DNA of 64,000 nt from an uncultured delta proteobacterium (GCA_963850305.1 CAWKKR010000009.1:32001-96000); one strand, 5' to 3'; counted from the first letter of the stretch, positions 23,143-33,822 are shown. Notes: generated by a model not told the origin, from the sequence alone. A program made the numbers and translations.

Positions 23143-24486
23143 ATGGCCCGCCGGGGAAGACGGGGCGAAGGAGAGCTTGTCGATGCGGCCACGATGACCG
23201 AAAGCTCTTTGCCGCCACCCCTGTCCGGCTGGACGCGACGGCGCATAGTCTTTCTTGCCGTCAGCGGAGTCATCACCGTCGCGGTGCTCGTCGCCACGTC
23301 GGAAGTGCTGTTGCCGTTCCTGCTCGCGTGCATCACGGCGTACGTCCTCACCCCTGCCGTGGCGGCTGCCGAGCGCTTCAAGATACCGCGAGGGAGCTCG
23401 ATTCTCCTGGTTTACGCCGTCACGCTCGGCGCCCTCTACGGTGGGATTGCGACGATCGCGCCGCGGATTTCGTCGGAGACGGAGAACCTCGTCGAGGAGA
23501 TGCCGACGATGATCCGTCGTCTCGTCGCCGAGTGGGCGCCCATGCTCGAACGCCGTGCGCGCGTCGTGCTGGACCCCGTCGGTGAACCCGTGCCCGAGCC
23601 GGCGGACTCCGCGCCCGCGTTCGAAATATCGAAGGGCCCCGACGGTTCGGTGAGTGTCCGCATCACGGGCGGCATGGACATCGTCCAGGATGGACCGAAG
23701 GTCTGGAAGCTGAAGCCGTCACGACACCGCTCCGAGACGTTCAGCGTGGCCGGGTTCGTCAGTGAAGCGATTGCGGATACCGCCAGCTACTTGCGGCGAA
23801 ACGCACTCGAGTTGCTCCGGGTCGGACAGGCCGTCGTGGGGAAGGTGACTCACGGCATCTTCCTGACCTTCATGACGCTCATGGTCGCAGCGTACGTGAT
23901 GTACACGCGCGAGGGCATCATCGAATTCTTCCGGTCCCTTGCCCCGCCATCCGCGAGAGAGAGCTTCGATCGGCTTCTCTACCGGGTCGACCGGGGGTTT
24001 TCGGGCGTCGTTCGTGGGCAACTCGTCATCATGCTCCTGAACGGTCTGCTGTCGGCGGTCGGGTACTGGATGTTCGGGCTCAAGTACTGGCCGATCCTCG
24101 CGCTGGTATCGGGGCTCATGAGCATCATTCCGATCTTCGGCTCGATCATGAGCAGCGTGCCCGTCGTCATGGTGGGTCTCACGCAGAATTTCTGGACGGC
24201 CCTGTGGGTCCTCCTGTGGATCCTCGGTATCCATCAGGTCGAGGCGAATCTCTTGAATCCCAAGATCATCGGCGCAGCCGCGAAGCTCCATCCGGTGCTG
24301 ATCATTTTTTCGCTGCTGGTCGGCGAGCACTTTTATGGAATCTGGGGCGCGCTCCTCGCGGTCCCGGCGCTCTCGCTCGCGCAGAGCATCTTCAATCATT
24401 TCCGCTTCGAGTCTTTGCCGGACGCCGCGCCGGACAGCGTTATGCTTCACGCTGCGCTGCGTTCCCGAGCGACTCCGCGCGAATAG
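23143..24486 (+). CDS. AI-2E family transporter
   Basis: LLPFLLACITAYVLTP, VRGQL, IIPIFGS, QVEANLLNPKIIG..LHP. Confidence 0.9.
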   Translation: MARRGRRGEGELVDAATMTESSLPPPLSGWTRRRIVFLAVSGVITVAVLVATSEVLLPFLLACITAYVLTPAVAAAERFKIPRGSSILLVYAVTLGALYGGIATIAPRISSETENLVEEMPTMIRRLVAEWAPMLERRARVVLDPVGEPVPEPADSAPAFEISKGPDGSVSVRITGGMDIVQDGPKVWKLKPSRHRSETFSVAGFVSEAIADTASYLRRNALELLRVGQAVVGKVTHGIFLTFMTLMVAAYVMYTREGIIEFFRSLAPPSARESFDRLLYRVDRGFSGVVRGQLVIMLLNGLLSAVGYWMFGLKYWPILALVSGLMSIIPIFGSIMSSVPVVMVGLTQNFWTALWVLLWILGIHQVEANLLNPKIIGAAAKLHPVLIIFSLLVGEHFYGIWGALLAVPALSLAQSIFNHFRFESLPDAAPDSVMLHAALRSRATPRE

Positions 24487-24549
24487 CTTTTGGCCCGGTT
24501 CCGGCCCGGGGTTGCGCGCGGCCGGCTCCCGGAGCTAAACACCCCTCAG

Positions 24550-25455
24550 ATGTCCAACAAGGCGAAGCGGAAGCTCGCGCAAAAGCCCGCTCAGCGCGTC
24601 GAAGTCCCGGACCCGTTCAGCCGGGACAACATGAGGCAGGTCGCGCTCCGCCTGGGACTGCCGCTCATGGCCGTCTGGATCATTGGCGGGTGCATCGCGG
24701 GCATCAGTCAATCTCATGGCACCATCGTCGCCGCCCTCGCGATTCCGGGTGTCATCACCGTCTTGCTCGCCGGGATCCTCGTGTGGGGCGTCGGCCAGGC
24801 GCGTAAAACGAAGAGCGTCGCCGGGCTCCTCTCCAAGGCGGAGACCGCGGAAGACCGCAAGGCAGCGCTCGAGAAGTTGGACCAGGACTACGGGAAGAAG
24901 GATCCGGCCGCCGTATTCGCCAAGGCGCAGCTCTTCTTGCAGGATAACGAGCCGCGGAAGGCGCTGGAGGTGCTCGAGCAGATCGAGCTCGGCAAGGTGC
25001 TAGCCCCTGTTGCGGATGAAGCGCGTGCCCAGCGCGCCATGATCCATCTTCTCATAGGTGAGGTGACGCCGGCTCGCGACCTTGCGGACGGAATCGATCT
25101 CTCTCGGCAGCAGGACGCGAAGGCGCGCGCCATGATGGCGTCGGTCGTCGCCGAAGCGTGGGCCCGGACCGGACAGGCCAGGAAGGCGGCCGAGACCATC
25201 GAGCTCTTCAATCCGGACGATCCCGAGTTCGAGCCCATCCGGGCGCAGCTCTACCGGGCACGCGCCTACGTCTTTGCTGCGACCGGGGACGCGAAAGGCA
25301 TGCGACGGGCGCTGAAGAAGCTGATCGAGCAGGACGCACGCCTGCTCGGCGGTTTCATGACGAAGCGCACACATCCCTTGCTTCAAAAGGAAGCGAAGAA
25401 GATGCTGGAACAATCCGGCCAGGCGCCGCGCAAGATGATCATGCAGCGACACTGA
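24550..25455 (+). CDS. Membrane-anchored TPR-like hypothetical protein
   Basis: Two TM helices followed by helical repeats; good GC3 bias. Confidence 0.7.
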   Translation: MSNKAKRKLAQKPAQRVEVPDPFSRDNMRQVALRLGLPLMAVWIIGGCIAGISQSHGTIVAALAIPGVITVLLAGILVWGVGQARKTKSVAGLLSKAETAEDRKAALEKLDQDYGKKDPAAVFAKAQLFLQDNEPRKALEVLEQIELGKVLAPVADEARAQRAMIHLLIGEVTPARDLADGIDLSRQQDAKARAMMASVVAEAWARTGQARKAAETIELFNPDDPEFEPIRAQLYRARAYVFAATGDAKGMRRALKKLIEQDARLLGGFMTKRTHPLLQKEAKKMLEQSGQAPRKMIMQRH

Positions 25456-25523
25456 CCCTGAAGCTCGCGCCGACGAGGCGCGATGAGCGGGGTTCTCGGC
25501 GACATGTCGAGCCCCGTCCGGTG

Positions 25524-27434
25524 TCACAGACCCGCGAGCGTCGCCCGGGCGCGCGGCGCAATGGTCACTTCCGGCAACAGCTCCGCGAACGATACGACGC
25601 GCACTCGCGGGAGCTCCGCTTCGAGCAGATGGCGCACGAACCGACGGATGTCCGGGCGGGTGAGCACGATGGGGTGCTCGCGCCCGATGCTGTCCGCGCA
25701 CTCGATCGCACGGCGGACGGCGCTCACGATGTCGCGTGCCGCCGCGGGCGCCATCGCCAGGAAGCGTCCCGACGAGGTGTTCGAGATCGCAGACCTTATG
25801 GCTTCTTCGACGCCCGGATCGAGCAAGATGACGCCGAGCTCGGGCGCGCCGCGCATCAGTGTGAAGGTGAGGGGTCGTTTGAGCTCCGCTCGGACGTGTT
25901 CGGCGAGGGATGCGGGATCGCGCTCGTTCGGCCGTGCACGCGGCAACGCCTCGAGGATCGCCTTGAGATCGCGAATGCTCACGCCTTCGCCGACCAGCCG
26001 CCGCAGAACTTCGGACAGATCGGCGACGTCGACGACCCTGGGAACGATCTGACGGACGGTCGTCGGCGCGATGCGCTCGAGCCCGTCGAGTAGCGCCTTC
26101 GTCTCGCTGATGCCGACGAAATCCGAAGCGCGATCGAGCAGTATCGCCCTGCACTCCTCCTCGATCGAGCGCACCAGGCTCTCGTCGGAAACGCCCATCG
26201 ACGCCGTCCGCACGAGCGCCGGCACCTCGTGGATCGAGAGTACGAAGGCCCCGTGGGCAAGACCGTCATCCACGAACACCCGGCACTCGGGAAGCGGGAC
26301 CCCTCGCTCGCGTTCGACGCCGCTCCTGAGCCGCTCGGCGAGCTCGTCCAGGGCTCGGGCGCCGATCCTGGCGGCAAGCCCGGCGCTCGCGGCGAGTGAC
26401 CAGGGGGTGATGGGGTTTGCTGGTGCGTCGTGGAGAGCGGCGGGCCCCCGGTACCTCGACCGTGCCGGCCCACGTCGCGAGAGCGCGATGAGGACGATTC
26501 CGATGACGAGAAAAGGCAGCGTCGGTAGCCCCGGTACCAGCGCGAAGCCGAGCACGAGAACACCCGCGACCCCGAGAGCCCGCGGCACGCCGAGCAACTG
26601 CGCCGAGAGCTCCGAGCCGAGCGCGGTCCGAGGATCGTCGCTCGCCACGCGGGTGACGAGGATGCCCGCCGACGTCGCGAGCAGCAGGGCCGGGATCTGC
26701 GTCACGAGGCCATCTCCGATGGTGAGCAGCCCGAAGCGACGCAGCGCCGCGCCGAAGTCGAGCCCGCGTTGCCCGACGCCGATGGCGACGCCGCCCACGA
26801 GGTTCACGATCGCGATGAGCACCGTCGCGATCACGTCGCCCTTGACGAATTTCACCGCGCCGTCCATGGCGCCGTAGAAATGACTCTCGCGTTCCAGCTC
26901 CCGGCGAAGGCGCTGCGCCTCCCCCGGTTCGAGGTTTCCGGCACGGAGATCGGCGTCGATCGACAGCTGCTTTCCCGGCAATGCGTCCAGCGTGAACCGC
27001 GCCCCCACCTCGGCAACCCGCTCGCTCCCTTTCGCGACGACCACGAACTGGATGATCGTGAGAATCAGGAAGATGACGGCGCCGACGGCGAAATTGCCGC
27101 TCACGACGAACGTACCGAACGCGCGAATGACGGCGCCAGCGTCCGCGTGGAGCAAGATCAATCGCGTCGAGGACACGTTCAACGCGACGCGCACCAGCGT
27201 CGTGATGAGCAGCAGGGTGGGAAAAGCGCTGATCTCGAGCGCGCTCCCCACGTAGAGGGTCACGAGCAGAACCGCGACCGAGAAGGCGAGATTCCCCGCG
27301 AGCAATATGTCGAGGAGCCACGTCGGCAGCGGCACAACCATGAGCGCGACGATCGCGACGACGACGACGGCGAGAGCGGCGTCCGCGGTCCGGAATCCGA
27401 ACGGGGTCGACGACGACCGACGATGATTCGCCAT
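25524..27434 (-). CDS. FlhA/SctV (FHIPEP family) type III secretion export gate protein
   Basis: FPTLLLITTL, KGSERVAEVGARFTLDALPGKQLSIDADL, FYGAMDGAVKFVKGD, LTIGDGLVTQIPALL, EGVSIRDL. Confidence 0.92.
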   Translation of the reverse strand: MANHRRSSSTPFGFRTADAALAVVVVAIVALMVVPLPTWLLDILLAGNLAFSVAVLLVTLYVGSALEISAFPTLLLITTLVRVALNVSSTRLILLHADAGAVIRAFGTFVVSGNFAVGAVIFLILTIIQFVVVAKGSERVAEVGARFTLDALPGKQLSIDADLRAGNLEPGEAQRLRRELERESHFYGAMDGAVKFVKGDVIATVLIAIVNLVGGVAIGVGQRGLDFGAALRRFGLLTIGDGLVTQIPALLLATSAGILVTRVASDDPRTALGSELSAQLLGVPRALGVAGVLVLGFALVPGLPTLPFLVIGIVLIALSRRGPARSRYRGPAALHDAPANPITPWSLAASAGLAARIGARALDELAERLRSGVERERGVPLPECRVFVDDGLAHGAFVLSIHEVPALVRTASMGVSDESLVRSIEEECRAILLDRASDFVGISETKALLDGLERIAPTTVRQIVPRVVDVADLSEVLRRLVGEGVSIRDLKAILEALPRARPNERDPASLAEHVRAELKRPLTFTLMRGAPELGVILLDPGVEEAIRSAISNTSSGRFLAMAPAAARDIVSAVRRAIECADSIGREHPIVLTRPDIRRFVRHLLEAELPRVRVVSFAELLPEVTIAPRARATLAGL

Positions 27435-27438
27435 GGAT

Positions 27439-28575
27439 TCAGCTCGGCGCTGCGAAGAGCGCAAACACGCCGGTGTAAAGGTGCATCGTAGGCCGTCCGG
27501 AATACGGCGCGATCTCGAACGACGAGGAGAGTCCGGCGAACGGCAAGCCCGGGAACCGAGCCCGGAGGATCTTGGTGTCCACGTCGGGGGCGCCGTACAA
27601 AGTCGATCCCCGACCACTGCAGTTGACGTAGATGCCGAACCGCGGCGCCGCGCCGGCGATATCGCGCTCGAGCTCACGGGTCATCGCTTCGAAGTCCTCG
27701 CGCGCCGCTCGTCCGTCGCGCACCGCAAAGGTGACGCGCATGCCCTCCCGCAGCTCGTCCGACACGACGATGGCGCCGCGGTCGGGATCGACGCCCTGGA
27801 TCCCCCGGACGACCAGGGACGGCCGGGCGCCCTCGCTCGGCTCCGGCTCGTCGGCGAGGACCAAGAGGAGCAGCGGATGGTCCGCGAGCCCCTCGGCATG
27901 CCGCGCGAGCACGTCGAGGGCCGGCTCGCCGTCGATACCAGCGAGCAAGGCCCCGCGGCATTCCGTCACGCGACGGAGCGGCCCGAGCAGCCGGCATGAG
28001 TGCGTCGTGCGAATCGCCGGAGTTGGCATGCCGCGCAGGATCATGGCGATCGAGCCGCTCAGCCGGCGCCCGGTTTCGTCGATACCGAGCACCCCCGGAC
28101 GGCCGAGGCTACCAGCGCCGAACACGTAGCGAGTGGTTCGCAAGTCGCGGAGGGGCACGAGTGTCGAGGGGCTGAAACCCTCCGGATCGAGAAGGAGCAG
28201 CACAGTCGGGGTGGTCTTTCCGGTGCGGTCGCCGAGGACGTGCGCGAGGGATTCCCCGACGTCACCGTCGTCGGAGACAATTTCCGTGAGCTCCACGCGG
28301 CCACCCGACCACACCAGGCCCGCCGCTGCCGTCTGATCTTCGATCTCGCCGCGCTCGGTCAGCACGCCCCCACCTCCGGCCAGCGCGATGGGGATCTTCG
28401 GATGCAGCCCGGCGAGCGCACCGGCGATGGACTCGAGGTTGTCGGCAAGTCGTCCGCTAGCGAACACGAGCGCGCCCGAGGGAGCCCGGATCTGGCCGAG
28501 CGCGTGCGAAAACACGCTCGCCACCCGTTCTGGGCTGGCGGTCTTCACGTCCCAGCTCGCCGCTCCGGCGCCCAT
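27439..28575 (-). CDS. FIST N/C domain protein
   Basis: GGVLTERGEIED, VTECRG..IDGEPAL, FAVRD..ARED, YVNCSGRG, EIAP..LYTG. Confidence 0.85.
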   Translation of the reverse strand: MGAGAASWDVKTASPERVASVFSHALGQIRAPSGALVFASGRLADNLESIAGALAGLHPKIPIALAGGGGVLTERGEIEDQTAAAGLVWSGGRVELTEIVSDDGDVGESLAHVLGDRTGKTTPTVLLLLDPEGFSPSTLVPLRDLRTTRYVFGAGSLGRPGVLGIDETGRRLSGSIAMILRGMPTPAIRTTHSCRLLGPLRRVTECRGALLAGIDGEPALDVLARHAEGLADHPLLLLVLADEPEPSEGARPSLVVRGIQGVDPDRGAIVVSDELREGMRVTFAVRDGRAAREDFEAMTRELERDIAGAAPRFGIYVNCSGRGSTLYGAPDVDTKILRARFPGLPFAGLSSSFEIAPYSGRPTMHLYTGVFALFAAPS

Positions 28576-28691
28576 CCGGGGACCGACGCTAACATTAAGT
28601 TGGGGTCCGGTGGGAGAAGGGCAGAATCCCCTCCGGGGAGGCTTCTTTCGCTTCCAGGACGAAGGCGATTTCTCTAGCCTATAGCCTGGCC

Positions 28692-29456
28692 ATGAGCGCG
28701 ACCGCCCTGATGATTCGATCGGTCGGCGGCTCGGACGTCGGTCGCAGGCGCCAGAGCAACGAAGACGCCTACCTGCGAGACGACGAGCTTGGGCTCTGGA
28801 TCGTCGCCGACGGCATGGGCGGTCACGCTGCCGGCGAAGTGGCGAGCCAGGAGGCGGTCGATACCATCTACGGCATGGTCAAGCGGGGGAAGCGCGCGTC
28901 CGTGGCCACGGGGGATCTCGATTCGAGGTTGCGCGCGGGCGCGCGGTTGCTGGAGGGCTCGGTGCAGGCCGCGACGTACATGATTTACGCCATGAGCGAG
29001 CTCGATGCGCGAAAGTCGGGGATGGGCACGACCATCAGCGCCATGATGACGATGCATGGTTACGTCATCACCGCGCAGGTCGGCGACAGTCGAATCTACC
29101 AGGTGCGCGAAGGTTCGGCGATGCAGCTCACGGAGGACCACACCCTCATCAACTGGCAGCTCAAGCGTGGGATCATCACCGAGGAAGAAGCGAAGACCAG
29201 CCGCCACAAGAACGTGATCACCAGGGCCGTCGGCAACCGTGATTACGTGCAGGTCGACACCGGGATGGTCGAGGTCGCCCCCGGCGATCGGTATCTGCTC
29301 TGTTCGGACGGCCTGCACGGCTATCTGCGCACCGAGGAGATCCCGGACCTGGCGGCGCTCGGCGGACGGGAGTCCGTGCGGCGCCTCATCGATCTCGCGA
29401 ACAATCGGGGCGGCAAGGACAACATCACCGCCGTGCTCGTCGAAGTCGACCTCTGA
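28692..29456 (+). CDS. PP2C-family Ser/Thr phosphatase
   Basis: DVGRRRQSNED, VADGMGGH, GMGTT, VGDSR, LCSDGL, GGKDNIT. Confidence 0.95.
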   Translation: MSATALMIRSVGGSDVGRRRQSNEDAYLRDDELGLWIVADGMGGHAAGEVASQEAVDTIYGMVKRGKRASVATGDLDSRLRAGARLLEGSVQAATYMIYAMSELDARKSGMGTTISAMMTMHGYVITAQVGDSRIYQVREGSAMQLTEDHTLINWQLKRGIITEEEAKTSRHKNVITRAVGNRDYVQVDTGMVEVAPGDRYLLCSDGLHGYLRTEEIPDLAALGGRESVRRLIDLANNRGGKDNITAVLVEVDL

Positions 29457-29549
29457 TCGCGTAGCGTCGCGGAAGCGCCGGGGCCGCATCGGCGTTCCTG
29501 ACGGCATCGTGCCTACTTTTTTGGCCCTCCAGCGTGCGTTTCAGTACGG

Positions 29550-30566
29550 ATGGGCGTGATGAAAAGCCCCCGAATCGGCGTTCTGATGGGAGGAACCTCG
29601 GCTGAACGGGAGGTGTCGCGGCGCTCCGGCGAAGCCGTTCTTGCCGCTCTCGTCGATGCGGGGCGCGACGCGGTCGCCGTGCTTCTCGGGGACGGGATCG
29701 ACCCCCTCCGCGCCATCGCGAGCGCGGGCATGGACGTCGCGTTCCTCGCGCTTCACGGCCGTCATGGCGAGGACGGCTGCGTTCAGGGCCTGCTCGAGAT
29801 CCTGGGGATCCCGTACACCGGGTCCAGCGTCATGAGCAGCGCCCTGGCGATGGATAAGCTGAAGGCCAAGGAGCTGTTTCGCCTGCACAACGTCCCCACA
29901 CCCCCCTACTACGTGCTCGAAAGTCGCGGTGCGTTGAAGGACCTGGCGGAGATCCACGGCTCGTTCGGATTTCCGGTGGTCGTGAAGCCGCGCAGGGAAG
30001 GCTCGAGCATCGGCGTGTCCAAGGCGCACGACGCCATCGAGCTCGAGGCCAGCGTGACGCGCGCGTTCGAGCACGACGATTCGGTGCTCGTGGAGCGGTT
30101 CATCGCGGCCAGGGAGATCGCCGTGGGGCTCCTCGACGGTCGGGTTCTCGGTGCCGTGGAGATCGTCCCCAAGAGCGGCTTCTACGATTACGCGGCGAAA
30201 TACACGTCGGGTGCCACGGAGTACTATTGCCCCGCGCGCCTGCCGCCGACCCGCATTCGCGGAGTCCTGAACCTCGGTGAACGAGCGGCTCAGGCGCTCG
30301 AGACGTCCGGCGCGGTGCGGGTCGATCTGCTCGTCACGGAGGCGCAGAACGAATACGTGCTCGAAGTGAACACCCTCCCGGGCATGACACCCACGAGTCT
30401 CTTCCCGAAGATTGCGGCGTCCGTTGGCTTCTCTTTCCCGCAACTCTGCGTCGAGATGGCGGACCGAGCACGCCTTCACACGATGCCCGCCACCCGGCCC
30501 GCGACGTTGGTGACGGCCCTGCCGGAGCCCGTCGCGCCCACGTTGCACGACGTCAGAGTCGCGTGA
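29550..30566 (+). CDS. ddl: D-alanine--D-alanine ligase
   Basis: MGGTSAEREVS, LHGRHGEDG, PYTGS, EGSSIG, FYDYAAKY, LEVNTLPGMT. Confidence 0.95.
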   Translation: MGVMKSPRIGVLMGGTSAEREVSRRSGEAVLAALVDAGRDAVAVLLGDGIDPLRAIASAGMDVAFLALHGRHGEDGCVQGLLEILGIPYTGSSVMSSALAMDKLKAKELFRLHNVPTPPYYVLESRGALKDLAEIHGSFGFPVVVKPRREGSSIGVSKAHDAIELEASVTRAFEHDDSVLVERFIAAREIAVGLLDGRVLGAVEIVPKSGFYDYAAKYTSGATEYYCPARLPPTRIRGVLNLGERAAQALETSGAVRVDLLVTEAQNEYVLEVNTLPGMTPTSLFPKIAASVGFSFPQLCVEMADRARLHTMPATRPATLVTALPEPVAPTLHDVRVA

Positions 30567-30647
30567 TCGCGGGGTTCACGGTGAGGCGGCGGCGCAGGCG
30601 CGCCGCACGGCCCGGTTGTGCTTCTCGGTGAGCTCTTCGACGGCCTT

Positions 30648-31256
30648 TCAATCGTCGGGAGGGTCCAGGAACACGTAGCGCGTCGCCTGCGCGTCGGTTC
30701 GCTCGGCATTCGACGGATTGACCACGAGCCCGCCGATGCCGAGGCCGAAGCCGACACCGACCAGGGTGCCGCCCCAGGCTGCCTTCGTGCCATCCACCGG
30801 GTTCGAATCGTGTCGATTCCCTTGGGCGTCGACGGTCGTCTTGCTGCCGAATGCGTTCACGAACAACACCGTACCGATCGCAATCGCAGCCACACTCGCG
30901 ACGCCGAGCGTCCCGGCGATGATCTGCCGTCGATGGTACGCCGCGAGGGCATCGCGCTTCCGCTCGATGAGCTCCGATTCGGGAAAATCCGACAGCGAGG
31001 GAATCGACTCGGGATCGTCGCTGCCGACGTGATACAGGCCGAGCCCGTTCACCGCGTGACTCGTCCCCCTGGGTTCATCCGCGACCCGGGCGCGCGTGGG
31101 TGCGAGAACCAGCCAGTCCCTGGCCTCACAGGGCGTCTCTGCCTCGCCCGCGGGAGTGATGGGTGCCCCTTCCATGCGGAACACCGTCGTCCCGCAACCC
31201 GGGAGTCCGAGCGCCGCGACGGCCAGTAGTAACCGCATTTCGGGGCACCGTAACAT
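30648..31256 (-). CDS. Hypothetical lipoprotein with two TM segments (possibly prematurely terminated)
   Basis: LPGC lipobox; the frame continues 23 codons beyond the TGA at 30648-30650. Confidence 0.65.
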   Translation of the reverse strand: MLRCPEMRLLLAVAALGLPGCGTTVFRMEGAPITPAGEAETPCEARDWLVLAPTRARVADEPRGTSHAVNGLGLYHVGSDDPESIPSLSDFPESELIERKRDALAAYHRRQIIAGTLGVASVAAIAIGTVLFVNAFGSKTTVDAQGNRHDSNPVDGTKAAWGGTLVGVGFGLGIGGLVVNPSNAERTDAQATRYVFLDPPDD

Positions 31257-31335
31257 GTCGAGATCCGTCCGTCATGCTGGTCGCGCCGCGGCCCGAGCAC
31301 GAGGATCGTGCGTGCGAGAGCGAAACTCCGGGACA

Positions 31336-33822
31336 TTACTTTGCGAGTGGACTCGAACCCGTGACCTCGAGCGCGGCGACCTCATTCGCGTCTCGGTAGG
31401 TCCTGATCTTCGCGACGAGCTCCTCGCGGGCCCCCCACGGGAGCACGTTTCCGCGCGGCGTTTCGTACTCCAGAAACAGGTTGTCGTCGGTCGACACCAT
31501 GTCCGAGAGCGACTCTCCCGAGTCCTTCGCCGCATCCTCCAGGAATCGATCGAGCGCGCCGTCGATCACCAGCATGTCGTCGGCGAGCACGGTCAGCGGG
31601 CGTCCATCGGGCAGCGTCGCGGCCACGCCGGGCGTCGCAGTCAACCGCGCGGCGCGCTCGTAGGACCACCCGAGGGGCTTCTCGGACGCGACCAGGATGC
31701 CCTGTCCGCCTCCGAGGAACAGCGCAACGTGCGAAAACTCGCGCCGGAGCGTGTTCACGAGCGTCGCAAACACCGGACGATAGACGTGGTGGAGCTGCAC
31801 CCATTGCTGGAACACGCCGTGCTCCTTCAAGTGTGCGTGGACCAGCTTGTAGTACTCGGCGCTGTAGAGCGACGACGCGCCCGCGAACCAGACGCTCGAG
31901 AGCTCCATGCTCACCAGATCGTACTTCCCGTCGTGGACGAGCAGGTGGTTCCGCGCATCGTCGAGCGTCACGTGCACGCGGGGGTCTTCGAGCACGCCGC
32001 GGTTCAGATGGCGGAAGTACTTGTCCGCGGCCTCGACGATGGCCGGCGAGATCTCGACCACGTCGAGCCGCTTCCACGGATACGTGGCGAGCGTGCCGAG
32101 CGTCGTCCCGGTGCCCATGCCGATGATGAGGGCCTGATCGAAGTCCTCGACGAACAGACAGGGGTAATGCGCGAAATATCGCTGCGCGTTCACCTCCCAG
32201 CCGTCGTTGCCCTGGAACTTCCCGTTCGTGTAGAGCGTGTGCACGCCATCGTGCACCGTGACGGTCGTGATGCCGCCGTGCACGTCCTCGCGGACGCTGA
32301 GTAGCTCGTCCGCCGGGTTCGGCGCGTCGAAGTAGACGTTCGTGCCGGCGGTGAGCCTCTCGATGTCCCAGCGCGGTGCGGCGGCGCTGATCAGGAGCGC
32401 GGCACCTGCGAGAGCCGCCGGCAACCGGTCGAACGCCGCGCCGCGCCGCTTCGCACCCCAGAGTGCGAGCGCCGCGAACGCTGCGCCGACGGCCAGCAGC
32501 GAGCGCTCCGAACCGAGCGCCGGAATCACCACGTAGCCGGCGGCGAGTGCGCCCACCACCGCGCCGATCGTGTTCACCGCCGTGAATCGCCCCACGAGAC
32601 GGCCCACGTCGGCGTGCTTTGCCGCGGACCGCAGGAGCAGCGGGAACGTCAGCCCCATCGCCGTCACCGGCAAACCGAGGATACCGAACGCGATCGCGCC
32701 GCGCATCGCCTCGCGGCCTCCGAACGTCGTCACGTACTCGCCGAGACCCTTGAAAGCGTACGGCAGGTCGTCCCAGAACGGCAGCGTGAGCATCATCGCG
32801 AGCGCCGCGAGCGACAGGCTCGTCGACAGCGCTCTCGCGCCGAGCCTCTTCTCGAACCAGGGCGTGAGCGACGCGCCCGCGAAGAGCCAGGTCAGAAACG
32901 CCGCGAGGATCGACCCGAATGCGAACGCGCTGTTGCCCACGATGACCGCCAGCAGGTGCGTCGCGACGACCTCCGCGGTGAAAACGAGCAACCCCGACGC
33001 GAACGCGAGCACGAGCAGGAACGGTGCACGAGCCGTCTCCGCGCCGCCGCGGTCCGCGGAGGGCGCCCCATCCCAGATCGAAACATCCTGGCTCGCGCTG
33101 CCCGGCTTCGCGTTGGTTGGTGCGGATCCGAGACGACCGAGCCACACGGCGACGGAACCGGTGAGCGCGCTCGTCGCCGCGGCTGCATACACAGCCTTCG
33201 ACAGCCCGAGCGCCGGCAGGATCGCGTAAGCCCCCGCCAGAGCTCCCGCGGCGCCTCCGAACGTATTCGCGGCGTACAGAATCGACAATCGATGTTGTCG
33301 AACCGCACTGGCGGCATCCGGCGTCTCACCCTCCGCGAGTGCGGCGGACACGAGAGGAAGCGTTGCGCCCATTGCTGCCGTCGGAACCGCCACGAACGAC
33401 ATCGCGACGCACCAGCGGAGCGCGGAAAGCACCGCGAGCGAGCCGTGCAGATGCCGCGCGGTGACCACGTAGAGCGGTGTGAGCCACGCGAAGGCGAGGG
33501 GAGTCGCGGCCACGGCGAGCCCCACCGACAGCTCCGCGATACCGTACGCGACGAGCGGCCGGCGCAGCTTGCCCGACCATCGCCCGCCGATGGCCGCGCC
33601 GACCGCGAGCCCCGTCATGAACGCGGCGAGGACTGCGCTGACCGCGTAAGCCGTCGCCCCCACCACGTAGGAGAGGTACCTCGAAAAGCAAACCTGATCG
33701 ACGAGCCCCGCCGCGCCCGAGACCGCGAACAGCCCCGCCAGCGCATGGAATCCACGGCTTCCGAGGCTCCCGGCCGACCCCGGACGACGTTCCGTGCCGC
33801 AGTCCGACTCCTGGCTCGCCAA
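31336..33822 (-). CDS. Fused membrane (MFS-like)/spermidine synthase-like protein
   Basis: Multiple TM helices with YAANTFG/FTAVNTIG repeats; IGMGTGTT, VEISPAIV, DDARNHL methyltransferase-fold motifs. Confidence 0.9.
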   Translation of the reverse strand: MASQESDCGTERRPGSAGSLGSRGFHALAGLFAVSGAAGLVDQVCFSRYLSYVVGATAYAVSAVLAAFMTGLAVGAAIGGRWSGKLRRPLVAYGIAELSVGLAVAATPLAFAWLTPLYVVTARHLHGSLAVLSALRWCVAMSFVAVPTAAMGATLPLVSAALAEGETPDAASAVRQHRLSILYAANTFGGAAGALAGAYAILPALGLSKAVYAAAATSALTGSVAVWLGRLGSAPTNAKPGSASQDVSIWDGAPSADRGGAETARAPFLLVLAFASGLLVFTAEVVATHLLAVIVGNSAFAFGSILAAFLTWLFAGASLTPWFEKRLGARALSTSLSLAALAMMLTLPFWDDLPYAFKGLGEYVTTFGGREAMRGAIAFGILGLPVTAMGLTFPLLLRSAAKHADVGRLVGRFTAVNTIGAVVGALAAGYVVIPALGSERSLLAVGAAFAALALWGAKRRGAAFDRLPAALAGAALLISAAAPRWDIERLTAGTNVYFDAPNPADELLSVREDVHGGITTVTVHDGVHTLYTNGKFQGNDGWEVNAQRYFAHYPCLFVEDFDQALIIGMGTGTTLGTLATYPWKRLDVVEISPAIVEAADKYFRHLNRGVLEDPRVHVTLDDARNHLLVHDGKYDLVSMELSSVWFAGASSLYSAEYYKLVHAHLKEHGVFQQWVQLHHVYRPVFATLVNTLRREFSHVALFLGGGQGILVASEKPLGWSYERAARLTATPGVAATLPDGRPLTVLADDMLVIDGALDRFLEDAAKDSGESLSDMVSTDDNLFLEYETPRGNVLPWGAREELVAKIRTYRDANEVAALEVTGSSPLAK

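Noticed and set aside
25524..27434. Flagellar gene cluster
   Set aside because: Only one FHIPEP gene is present, so the symbol flhA vs sctV was not assigned
30648..30650. Selenocysteine recoding of the in-frame TGA
   Set aside because: No redox motif context and no convincing SECIS hairpin; a point change is simpler
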